The notes under the pieces: generated by a model
What the model was told of the DNA's origin: nothing
Seen by the model: the letters and a program-made list of their open reading frames with translations, nothing else
Database searches by the model: none
Position numbers and translations under genes: made by a program
IMG/VR virus record: IMGVR_UViG_3300049782_000106
Span: 1 to 35,643 of that record
Source: a virus
Taxonomy: Duplodnaviria > Caudoviricetes
Reading direction: 5' to 3' (one strand)
DNA length: 35,643 nt
Part shown: piece by piece, positions 25,160-33,505 of the stretch
Layout of the letters: each line of letters opens with the position of its first letter
Position numbering within the stretch: the first letter of the stretch is position 1

Positions 25160-25183
25160 GAGAGGACCTCCTCTCGCGGTGCG

Positions 25184-25651
25184 TCAGGCAGCGCCCCCGT
25201 TGATGAGCTGGAACAGCTTGTTGGCGGCCTGCTCCGACATAGGCTCGCGGCTCTTGGGCTTGGTGACCCCGGGCCGGGGCAGGGGGGTGGGCCGTTTTGG
25301 CTTGCGACCCTTGCCGCTGTGGTTGGCGACCGCGGTGATGTACTGCAGGTCGCACACCGCGTCATAGAGGAGGGCCAGGAGCTGCTCTGTCTTGGACCAG
25401 CGGTCCTTCTCCGGCTCACCGCGGGCGGCCTGCTGCTCGTATTCCTGCGCCGTCATGGCGTTGCGCAGGGCGGTCATGGTTGCCGACTCGGGCGGCAGGT
25501 TCTCGACCAGGACTCTCAGGCGGCGGGGGGTCATCTCGCCGCGCCAGTAGGCGTGGACCTGGTCGGCGTCCCGCGGGTAGTAGCGGGCCAGGTCGGCCTC
25601 TATCGCCTCCGGGTGCTGCTCGACGACGCCCTGGATCCACTGGACTTTCCC
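25184..25651 (-). CDS. tail assembly chaperone, -1 frame (T part of the GT fusion)
   Basis: Open frame GKVQWIQGVVEQHPEAIEADLARYY... begins at the slippery site. Confidence 0.8.
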   Translation of the reverse strand, partial: GKVQWIQGVVEQHPEAIEADLARYYPRDADQVHAYWRGEMTPRRLRVLVENLPPESATMTALRNAMTAQEYEQQAARGEPEKDRWSKTEQLLALLYDAVCDLQYITAVANHSGKGRKPKRPTPLPRPGVTKPKSREPMSEQAANKLFQLINGGAA

Positions 25652-25935
25652 ATCGGCTCACCGGCGAGGTCGGCCGCGCGGTTGAGGAAGTCGCCGATCT
25701 CGTCGTTCGTGGGGTCCAGTTCGAGATAGATGTCGTAGGAGTCGGGGCTGAGGACCTCGGACATGAAGGCGTCCATGTCGCCGGCCTTCAGCTTGCGCTG
25801 CCAGGACTGCCGCCACGCACCGGGCGGGATGACCTGCAGCTTCTGGTCGCCGATTTCGGCGGTGACGTAGTGGCCGGTCGCCTCGAGCTCCTGAGCTTCG
25901 GCGGATCCGGCTTCCGTGGCGGTGGTGTCGGGCAT
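25600..25935 (-). CDS. tail assembly chaperone G (alternative in-frame start at 26052)
   Basis: Between major tail and tape measure genes; GGAGG RBS at 25935. Confidence 0.8.
   Translation of the reverse strand: MPDTTATEAGSAEAQELEATGHYVTAEIGDQKLQVIPPGAWRQSWQRKLKAGDMDAFMSEVLSPDSYDIYLELDPTNDEIGDFLNRAADLAGEPMGKSSGSRASSSSTRRR
25645..25651 (-). other. programmed -1 frameshift site G GGA AAG
   Basis: Lambda G/GT-type heptamer near the end of the chaperone gene, in the correct frame. Confidence 0.85.
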
Positions 25936-26139
25936 GGCGCGGGCCTCCGTGTGGCACTTGCACGAGCAGTAGAAGAGGTGATCGAAGTCCGTGGGCCAGA
26001 CGCACATCTCGTGCAGGTCGTCGGCGCACGGGCCGCTGATCACTTCGGGCATGGCGCGGGCTCCTCATTGGGGTGAGGGCATGGTGAAGGTGGACGGGCC
26101 GGGCCCGCGCCGGCTGGCTATCGCGGCCCGCCCACCAGT

Positions 26140-26724
26140 TCAGGAGCCCGTGTACGCAGGGGTAACGGGCACGCGGTCGGCGTGGTAGACGGTGTTGCCG
26201 GACTCGTCCGGGTAGGCGGTGATCGTCCACTCGAACCCGGCGACTTCGTCCTGCTTGTGGGTGACGTCGGACCGCTCGGTGATCTCGCCCTGGGGGACGT
26301 AGAAGCCGCGCTGGAATTCGCCGTCGAGGACGACGAACCAGAACGCGCGGCGGTCCGGCGTCGGCGAGGCGGTCTCTGCGAAAGTCGTCAGGCCCGACGC
26401 GGGGGTCAGGTCGTCGGTGTCGAGGCGGTACTGCAGCGCCTGGACCGTGGTCCGGCCGGTCTCCCAGGCCGTGACAGAGAAGGTCCGCAGCGACGAGGTG
26501 ATCGTGGTGCGGATCGGAGCGGTGTAGCCCCACGGCGTGAAGGACTGGGAGTCCTCCTCGAAGCCCTGGACGAGGCCATCGTCGGACAGTGCTCCGAGCG
26601 GCAGCCAGGGTGAGAGAGGCTGCACGGCGGGGTCGCCGGGCGAGGCGGTGCCGAGCGGCGCCACCCAGCCGCCGCCGTTGGCGCCGACCTCGAGCAGGTC
26701 CGCGGCGCGGGTGATGTTGACCAT
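26140..26724 (-). CDS. major tail (tube) protein
   Basis: WLPLGALSDDGL, FTPWG, GEITERSD, TITAYPD. Confidence 0.9.
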   Translation of the reverse strand: MVNITRAADLLEVGANGGGWVAPLGTASPGDPAVQPLSPWLPLGALSDDGLVQGFEEDSQSFTPWGYTAPIRTTITSSLRTFSVTAWETGRTTVQALQYRLDTDDLTPASGLTTFAETASPTPDRRAFWFVVLDGEFQRGFYVPQGEITERSDVTHKQDEVAGFEWTITAYPDESGNTVYHADRVPVTPAYTGS

Positions 26725-26796
26725 CGGTGTCTCCAGACATGGATGAGGCCCGCGCACGGGCGGGAACTATCGGGTCCGGCGCGGGCCCTGGGCCGG

Positions 26797-27195
26797 TCAG
26801 GGGACCGGGTGACTGTGGATTGCGTAAGTGGCCCCGACGCGACGGAGCTCTGTGTTCTCGTAGGGGCGGATTGCCGGTCGGGACACGGTGGACACCAGCC
26901 CGAAGACGGCGTTGTCCGTTGCCGAGCCACGCAGCTCGGTCAGATACAGGCCGTGCAGATGCGCGGCCAGCGCTATCGCCTCCGCCCTGGTCGCGGCGTA
27001 GACGTTGACGTCGACCAGAGCTCGGTCGAGGCGTATCCCGTCGTCGTCGCCGCCAACCGCTTCGATTTGCACGGTGGGTAGCTCGGCGGTGAGGTTGTTG
27101 TCGAGTTCGTCGCGCACGACGACGCCTGAGGCGACACGGGCCCGGGTCCAGACGATGAGTTCGAGCTCAATGTCTACCGAGCCGACGGCCGCCAT
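26797..27195 (-). CDS. tail terminator / tail completion protein
   Basis: Position; VGGDD..LDRALVDVNVYA. Confidence 0.75.
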   Translation of the reverse strand: MAAVGSVDIELELIVWTRARVASGVVVRDELDNNLTAELPTVQIEAVGGDDDGIRLDRALVDVNVYAATRAEAIALAAHLHGLYLTELRGSATDNAVFGLVSTVSRPAIRPYENTELRRVGATYAIHSHPVP

Positions 27196-27521
27196 CAGCG
27201 ACCGCCTGTGTGTGCGGCACGCAGCATGACGTGGTGTGCTTGGACCTTCTCCGTGCCGTACTCGACCCAGCGGGCGTAATAGGCTCGGTTGCCGACCGTG
27301 GCCACGGCGCGGTCGCGCCGCCGCCCGCCGCGGGCAGTGCTGGTGACGTAGAACGAGGCCTTGTACTGGCCGGCATGCGGGTCAGAGGGTCCGCCGACCG
27401 GAGCGATGCTTTCCGCGACCGACTTGATCACGGTGGCGCGGCGCACCATCTCGGCCTGGATCATCGGTGAGCGGAGCAGCTGACCGACGCCTTTCCGGGA
27501 CAGCTTGAAGCGTGCGGCCAT
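27195..27521 (-). CDS. HK97 gp10-like neck protein
   Basis: APV..GQYKAS..YARWVEYGT. Confidence 0.8.
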   Translation of the reverse strand: MAARFKLSRKGVGQLLRSPMIQAEMVRRATVIKSVAESIAPVGGPSDPHAGQYKASFYVTSTARGGRRRDRAVATVGNRAYYARWVEYGTEKVQAHHVMLRAAHTGGR

Positions 27522-27552
27522 ACCCTCGACTCCTCACATGCAGGGGGTTGAG

Positions 27553-27873
27553 ATGAACGTCAAGGGCGTCCAGGGCAGCATCCGATTCGACGACGGATGG
27601 ATCACCATCACGAAGAAGGCCGTCGGTAGCCCACCGCAGGAGTTCCGGATCCGAGCCGCGGATGTGACCGGTACCCGGCTCAAGCCGGCAACGCGGCTGT
27701 TCCACGGCTACGTACAGTTCCTCGTGCCCGGCAGCGCGCCCGCAGAGGAGAGCAAAGGGCTCCTAGTCGGCGGCCGGCCGCCGCAGTCCGATCCACACAG
27801 CTTGTCGATCCCGTATCGCAGCAACGACGCGGCAGCAAAGCTGATGGCAGCCGTGGAGCAGGCCCGCGGCTAG
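27553..27873 (+). CDS. DUF4429-like (PH-fold) protein, antisense within the late operon
   Basis: GGGGG RBS; KGVQGSIRFDDGWITI..KPA..GYVQF..DPHSL. Confidence 0.7.
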   Translation: MNVKGVQGSIRFDDGWITITKKAVGSPPQEFRIRAADVTGTRLKPATRLFHGYVQFLVPGSAPAEESKGLLVGGRPPQSDPHSLSIPYRSNDAAAKLMAAVEQARG

Positions 27874-28250
27874 CCGGTGACACGGTCGGCGGCGAACTGC
27901 ACGGGGCCGCGGGTGCCGGTGAACGCGTTGCGGCCCCAGTCACCGGGCTCGCCGGTGACATGGAAGGTGACACCTTGATAGCGATGGCCCTCGAGGACCT
28001 GGATGCGGTCGGTGGTACGGATGTCGCTGCCGGGCGGAGCGTAGACGGTGATGCCCACAATGACGGTGTCGCGGCCCTGCTGCTGAGCCCCGCCCACCTG
28101 GGGCGCCGACTCGCGCGGGGTCACGACACAGCCCGGAATGTCGAAGGACTGTGCGGCGCCCGGCAGTGGTTGCCCTCGGGCGTCCCGGCCCGGGGAAGGG
28201 CCGGTACGCAGCACCCGGATGGTGACGCCGAACGGGTAGGGGGCGGGCAT
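27870..28250 (-). CDS. head-to-tail stopper / head closure protein
   Basis: Position; TVYAPPGSDIRTTDRI..VTGEPGDW. Confidence 0.8.
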   Translation of the reverse strand: MPAPYPFGVTIRVLRTGPSPGRDARGQPLPGAAQSFDIPGCVVTPRESAPQVGGAQQQGRDTVIVGITVYAPPGSDIRTTDRIQVLEGHRYQGVTFHVTGEPGDWGRNAFTGTRGPVQFAADRVTG

Positions 28251-28666
28251 CAATGCCACCCCCAGCCCGGTTCGAACTCCATTCCGGGCCCGAAGTCGTC
28301 GTCAAGCGGATAGGTGGGTGACGGGTCAGCAGTCGTCGGAGTGGGGTCGATGGTGAACGCCCCGCCCCGTCCGGCCAGCGACTTGAGAGCCGCCTTGTCG
28401 GCCTTCGTCAGGTACAGGCCACCCGACCCCGAAGGGCGCTGGACCGACATGGGGCCGATGGTCTCGTAAGCCACCTGCTGGGGATTGACGTAGGCCCGGG
28501 CGGCGACCGACAGGACAATGGCCGTCGCCTCATCCGGCAGGGGCTTGACCACGGTCAGGCACAGGTTCACTGCCTGCGCGATCAGCAGATCAGACCGGTC
28601 GCCGTCGACCGTGTCCATGCCCAGATAGAGGCCGAGTTGCTCTGCCGTCGGAGCGACGAACGCCAT
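28250..28666 (-). CDS. head-to-tail adaptor
   Basis: RAYVNP..ETIGP..GGLYLT motif. Confidence 0.85.
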   Translation of the reverse strand: MAFVAPTAEQLGLYLGMDTVDGDRSDLLIAQAVNLCLTVVKPLPDEATAIVLSVAARAYVNPQQVAYETIGPMSVQRPSGSGGLYLTKADKAALKSLAGRGGAFTIDPTPTTADPSPTYPLDDDFGPGMEFEPGWGWH

Positions 28667-28675
28667 GGCTGCCTC

Positions 28676-29698
28676 CTAGCGGGCGAGGGACTCCAGGGCG
28701 TCGCACCAGGCCGCCAGGTCGGTCGCCGGGTCGAGTTCCGCCGACCGGGCCCGGGCCCGCTTGGCGACCAGCCGGTACTCGGCCGGGTCGCTCAGCAGCC
28801 TGCGGATCACGGTCTCGTAGCCGTCGATGTCGTGACGGTCGACGAACACGCCCGCCTCGCCCAGCGACTCACACAGTCCCGGGGTGGGATGCGCGATGAC
28901 GGGGATGCCCGAGGCGAGCGCCTCGACGCCCGCCCGCCCCCAGGACTCATACGACGACGGCATCAGCAGCACTTTCGTCCGCCGATACACCGCCTCCCGC
29001 ATGTCGTGACCGCAGATGTGGTCGATGATCTCGACGTTCGGCAGGTCGGGAAGGATCTGTTCCCCGTAGGCGCCGCGGACCGCGAGGAACTCGACGTCCG
29101 GCATGCGGTGGGCCAGCTGTTCGAGGACTCGCCCGCCCTTTTCGAGGTTGCAGTTGACGAGGGTGACCTTGCGGCCCGGCCGGGTCCGGTACTCGCTGGA
29201 GAGCACCGGGGGCCGGACGATGATCTCGGCGCCCGGGCGGACGCCCTTGGGGTACTCGGCGAAAAACAGTTCCGCCTCGCGGGCCATCCACTGGCTGTTG
29301 TAGACCGCGAGCGCCGTGTCGCCGCCCGCCATCTGCCGGAAGCTCGGCAGGTGCGTGTTGTGCACGACCACCGCCAGCGGCTTGCCGAAGCCGCGGGCCA
29401 GAGCGCCGGCGGACGGGACGTTCTCCAGGTGGGAGACGACCACGTCCGCCTTGCGGATCGCTGTGGCCGAGTCCAGGCGGGACTGCAGAGGAACCACCTG
29501 GACGCCGTCGAGCTCGTAGTCGTCTCGGTCGGCGGTGTAGCGGGACAGCCACACCGACACTTCGTGACCGCGTTCGACCAGGGCCCGCAGCATGCTGTGG
29601 ACCATCCACTCGGCGCCGGCATTGTGGCGAGGCGGGTAGCCGTGCAGCCGGGCGACGACCCGCATCGGCGCCCGGTTGCCCTCCCCGCCCCGGCTCAC
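28676..29698 (-). CDS. glycosyltransferase family 4 (GT-B fold)
   Basis: YPPRHNAGAE N-terminus; LLMPSSYESWGRAGVEALASGIPVI (EX7E); GTGA overlap with the capsid stop. Confidence 0.9.
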   Translation of the reverse strand: MSRGGEGNRAPMRVVARLHGYPPRHNAGAEWMVHSMLRALVERGHEVSVWLSRYTADRDDYELDGVQVVPLQSRLDSATAIRKADVVVSHLENVPSAGALARGFGKPLAVVVHNTHLPSFRQMAGGDTALAVYNSQWMAREAELFFAEYPKGVRPGAEIIVRPPVLSSEYRTRPGRKVTLVNCNLEKGGRVLEQLAHRMPDVEFLAVRGAYGEQILPDLPNVEIIDHICGHDMREAVYRRTKVLLMPSSYESWGRAGVEALASGIPVIAHPTPGLCESLGEAGVFVDRHDIDGYETVIRRLLSDPAEYRLVAKRARARSAELDPATDLAAWCDALESLAR

Positions 29699-30651
29699 GA
29701 GCTGCCGCCCGCTGCCAGGTACTTGACGAAGGCCTCCACGTCACCGAGGACGAACCCGTAGTACGCCTCCGCGAGGAGGAGCACCAGGTTCTCCTGGAAC
29801 GCCGAGTGGACGCCGCCGTCCTCGTCGATGTACGTCGCCTCACGGGAGATCCGCACGGTGATGTCCATGCCGACGCCGTAGGCAGTCTGCGACCAGTCGC
29901 CGCCGATGCCGCGCAGGCCGGTGTCGATCGTGCCGGACTGGCGGCGCAGCTTGCCGGACACCGAACGGGAGTAGGCGACCGGCTCGCCGACCAGCGTGCC
30001 AGCCAGTGCGGCGCCGGTACCCGGCTGGGTGGTGTCGACGAAGATCGGACGGCCGGTGGTGTCGGTCGCACCGAGCAGGGACGGCTTCATCCGGTGGTCC
30101 AGGATGGTGCCGGTGTAGTCCCAGTCGTCGTTGGAGACCTCGCGCATTCCCGAGACGAGGTCGCCCCAGATTCCGCCGTTTGCCTGAGTGGTGGTGCCGA
30201 TCGTGACGGACTTGGTCGTCTCTGCGAGGTAGTCCGGGAAGGGGCCAGTGGCGCCCTTCATCGTGCGGCCGTGGATCGCCGCCCGGTCGAAGGCGCGGGC
30301 GAAAGCGGTCGGAAGGTCGCGCTGCAGCTGCGTCCACAGCCCTGCGGCGTTGGACTGGACGACCTCCATCGCGACCGGGATGAGGACGGCGATCTTCTTG
30401 CCGCTCATGGTCTTGATGTCGACGCCGCCCGTGCCGAGGGGCTTCCGGCCGGCCTGCTCGACCCAGTCAGCCGTCGGCACGTCCAGCGGCACGGGAACCG
30501 CGGTGGTCGCGGACATCGACAGCGGGACTCGGCGGGCCAGCGACATGATCGCGGACTGTTCGACCGACTTCTCGAAGATCGGGCCGGTAAGGGTCGGGGG
30601 GAGGAACGTCGCATCGACGTCACTCAGCTTGATCGGGTTGGTCGCAACCAT
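29695..30651 (-). CDS. major capsid protein (HK97 fold)
   Basis: ADWVEQAGRKP, KKIAVLIPV, FDRAAIHG, DTTGRPIF, FQENLV. Confidence 0.95.
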   Translation of the reverse strand: MVATNPIKLSDVDATFLPPTLTGPIFEKSVEQSAIMSLARRVPLSMSATTAVPVPLDVPTADWVEQAGRKPLGTGGVDIKTMSGKKIAVLIPVAMEVVQSNAAGLWTQLQRDLPTAFARAFDRAAIHGRTMKGATGPFPDYLAETTKSVTIGTTTQANGGIWGDLVSGMREVSNDDWDYTGTILDHRMKPSLLGATDTTGRPIFVDTTQPGTGAALAGTLVGEPVAYSRSVSGKLRRQSGTIDTGLRGIGGDWSQTAYGVGMDITVRISREATYIDEDGGVHSAFQENLVLLLAEAYYGFVLGDVEAFVKYLAAGGSS

Positions 30652-30666
30652 GGAGGGCTACCTCTC

Positions 30667-31257
30667 TCAGCGGCCCTTCAGGGCCTTCTGCATGAGTCCG
30701 GCGAAGATGTCGCCGGGATCTGACGGGGTTCGGTTGCCGTTGCCCGAAGAGCCCTGGGTCAGGTCCGGTGCCGGACGGCGAGGCCCGTTGTCGGCTGGCT
30801 TGGCCCAGTGCGGTTTGCGGTTCAGCAGGTCCTCGAGGTCGCGCTTGATGCCGTCGTTGTCGATGGCGCCGTCAGCGTCGACGTAGGAGGTCAGGTCCAG
30901 AGCGCCGGCTGCGTCCTCCGGGTCCGCGAAGCTCTTGGCAGCGAGCGCCTCGACCTTGGCGGCCACGGCGGTACGGACCGCCTTCGCGGCCCGCTCCTGC
31001 TCCCTGGTGAGCTGTTCGGCGAGGCGCTCCTGCTCCGACTTCTGAGCGTCTTCCAGCTCCTTCGCCTTACGGGCGAGGGGCTCCAGCTCCTTGTTCTTGG
31101 TCCGGTAGGCCGCGGACTCCCTGCGGAGCCTCTCGATCTCCTTGCGTGCCGCCTCCGGGTCCGACCAGGGATCCGCCTTCCCCTGTTCCGCCTCCGGGGC
31201 GGCCTCGGGCTGGGCTGTCTCCTGCTCGACCTGCTGGGTCTCTTCGGTTTCGGGCAT
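30667..31257 (-). CDS. scaffolding protein
   Basis: Acidic N-terminus, coiled coil, FADPEDA..KPHWAK; directly upstream of the capsid gene. Confidence 0.85.
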   Translation of the reverse strand: MPETEETQQVEQETAQPEAAPEAEQGKADPWSDPEAARKEIERLRRESAAYRTKNKELEPLARKAKELEDAQKSEQERLAEQLTREQERAAKAVRTAVAAKVEALAAKSFADPEDAAGALDLTSYVDADGAIDNDGIKRDLEDLLNRKPHWAKPADNGPRRPAPDLTQGSSGNGNRTPSDPGDIFAGLMQKALKGR

Positions 31258-31314
31258 GACTCTTAGGCCCTCCAGGGGCTGGGAAGGCCGCCGCCGGGAC
31301 GGCCGATGGGTTGG

Positions 31315-32088
31315 TCAGTGAGCGGTGGGCAGATGCCCGTGCTCGGCGAGCGCCTGCCGGAACCGGCGCAACTGGTCGCCCGAATAGGGCGCCGCGAACT
31401 CGCGGTACAGCCGCTCCCACTCACGTGCGTGATCGGACAGCTCGAAGCGCTGCCCCCTGAACACCGGGACCACGCCGCAGTGACAGCCGTCGTGGGCCCG
31501 GAAGCCGGCCGTGTCCTGCTTGTAGACCGCCCCGCGGATGGCGAGCATTTTGCAGAACGAGCAGGCACCAAGTGCCGCAGCTCGAGCCCAGGCTGTCGCC
31601 TGCCGGTCCCGGCGTACCGCCTCCTGGACGGTGCCCCGGCCCTGGTCGACAACCAGCTTCTGCGCCACCTGTTCGGCCTTCTTCTCCGCCTGCTCCAGGC
31701 GGACCTCCAGGGGCTGCCGCTGCGCTTCAGTCGTGCGCGGATCATCCGGGTCGCGCTCCCAGACGTCCTTCGTCGCCCAGCGGAGACTGTTCTCCACCTG
31801 CTCTTGTGGCGGCGGCCCTACCAGCGGCACCGTGAAGCGGCCGGTCACCCGGGCTGCTACGCGTTCCGCCTCGTAGTAGTCCGCGGCCAGCGAGGAAGAG
31901 GCGGCGCCGTACTGGTCCACCAGGGCGCGGATTGCCGAGATCCAGTCTGGGATCGTCGACTGCAGCCGCGACGGGATGATGATGCGCCGCAAGCCGCGCA
32001 TGTCCCGCAGCAGGAGCCGAGACAGGCCGCGCTGGGCGCGGCGCTGCCGGTCCGCTGACGAGTCGCCATCAGAGATCAAGGTCGCCAT
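31315..32088 (-). CDS. MuF/VG15-like head morphogenesis protein
   Basis: WAR..ACSFCKMLA.RG..AHDGCHCGVVP. Confidence 0.8.
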   Translation of the reverse strand: MATLISDGDSSADRQRRAQRGLSRLLLRDMRGLRRIIIPSRLQSTIPDWISAIRALVDQYGAASSSLAADYYEAERVAARVTGRFTVPLVGPPPQEQVENSLRWATKDVWERDPDDPRTTEAQRQPLEVRLEQAEKKAEQVAQKLVVDQGRGTVQEAVRRDRQATAWARAAALGACSFCKMLAIRGAVYKQDTAGFRAHDGCHCGVVPVFRGQRFELSDHAREWERLYREFAAPYSGDQLRRFRQALAEHGHLPTAH

Positions 32089-33505
32089 CGTCGACCTCCG
32101 GCTCATCGTCCGGCTCGGTCTCCTCGCCGACGTTACTCAAGGACGCCAGCAGCTGCCGGCCCTGGGCTCGGCGACGATCCGCTGCTACTCGCTGCCGCTG
32201 ATCCTCGGTAAGGCCGGCCATCTCCAGAAGGACGTCGGAGTCGGCCGGGATGATGCCCGCCTGGGCCAACTTCACCGCGGCGTCGGTCTGCGCTGCGATC
32301 GTCGGCGTTGCGGGGTTGCGCCACACCGTCTCGATACGCCGCGCCTTGTCCGGCGGCTCACCATCTCGCACCCACAGCGCCAGCCGCATAGCCTCGCGAT
32401 GCGTCGCGCCGAAGCGCCGGATGCGCCGCTCGGCCTTCTTCACCAGCATCGCCTCCGACGACCGGATGGCATCCGCGGAGGCGGGGTTGTCGCTGGTGTA
32501 GCCGAGCATGTGCGGCGGCAGCCCGAGCTGAGTGGCCATGATCCGCGCATACAGATCGATGATCTTCGTCTGTCCGGACGGATCGTGAGCCGGGAACGTT
32601 CCGACGGTCGGGACCTGCCCGTCTTCATCCCGCTCAAGCGCCAGCACTCGACCGATGTAGGTCTCCCAGGCGGACTTGGCGTTGCCCTCCGCGTCCTGGA
32701 ACGCCGACTCCGACGCGCCGAGAATGTAGCGTGCCGGAGCGCCGAAGAACTCGGCCTGTACCTCGATGCCCATCAGCCGTCGGCACGCCGCGTCCGTGAT
32801 GGACATGACCTCGGGCGTGATCTCGCTTTTGCCGACTCGGTCGGCGGTGCGCTGCCGGTTCGCCATCCGCAGCACCGGGGGCATCCCGAGCCCGTGCATG
32901 TCCCGGTCGATGACCTCCCAGCCGCCCGACTCGCTCTCCACCGCGTAGATCGTCTGCATCGGCAAGTACAGCGATACGAGACGATCGTCCGGCGAGAGAC
33001 CGAAGTCGAAGCGATCCTGGCACTCCCGCAGCCCGTACAGAGGCATCCGCAGCCGCGCATCCCACATGAGGGTCATGTCCAACGGCGACTCGAACGTGAT
33101 GATCGGCGGGGCGTCAGGGTCGTCCGCCGAGCCGACCGTCACGTACTCGCGACCGTAGGTCAGAGCGTCCAGATGGGCCAGGCTCGCCTCGTCGTAAAGG
33201 TCATTCGCCTGGGCAATGTCTTCCAGCTCAGACGAATCCGCCCCGTCCGCCCAGCGGAACGCCTCCAGGTCCAGTCGCTGCTCCAGCGCCTCGACACCGA
33301 TCCGCGGCCAGCCGATGACCGTGTGCAGGCCCTTCAGTTGCGGCGGGATGCTGATCCCAAGGTCGCGGACCAGCTGCTCGCCGTTGAAGTACGCGTCCAG
33401 CAGCTCCAGCTTGAACCGCTGCGACAGCAGATCCGACCGGAGCATCGTGAGAATCTGCAGCTCGTCGTCCGACAGGCCGATCAAAGGCAGGGTGGGGGTC
33501 GTCAC
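32069..33505 (-). CDS. portal protein (SPP1 gp6-like)
   Basis: GWPRIGVEALEQRL, GKSEITP, NPASADAIR, WRNPATPT. Confidence 0.95.
   Translation of the reverse strand: MTTPTLPLIGLSDDELQILTMLRSDLLSQRFKLELLDAYFNGEQLVRDLGISIPPQLKGLHTVIGWPRIGVEALEQRLDLEAFRWADGADSSELEDIAQANDLYDEASLAHLDALTYGREYVTVGSADDPDAPPIITFESPLDMTLMWDARLRMPLYGLRECQDRFDFGLSPDDRLVSLYLPMQTIYAVESESGGWEVIDRDMHGLGMPPVLRMANRQRTADRVGKSEITPEVMSITDAACRRLMGIEVQAEFFGAPARYILGASESAFQDAEGNAKSAWETYIGRVLALERDEDGQVPTVGTFPAHDPSGQTKIIDLYARIMATQLGLPPHMLGYTSDNPASADAIRSSEAMLVKKAERRIRRFGATHREAMRLALWVRDGEPPDKARRIETVWRNPATPTIAAQTDAAVKLAQAGIIPADSDVLLEMAGLTEDQRQRVAADRRRAQGRQLLASLSNVGEETEPDDEPEVDDGDLDL

Noticed and set aside
25645-25651. Tail chaperone frameshift as a novelty
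   Set aside because: A well-known conserved feature of long-tailed phages; listed as a feature only
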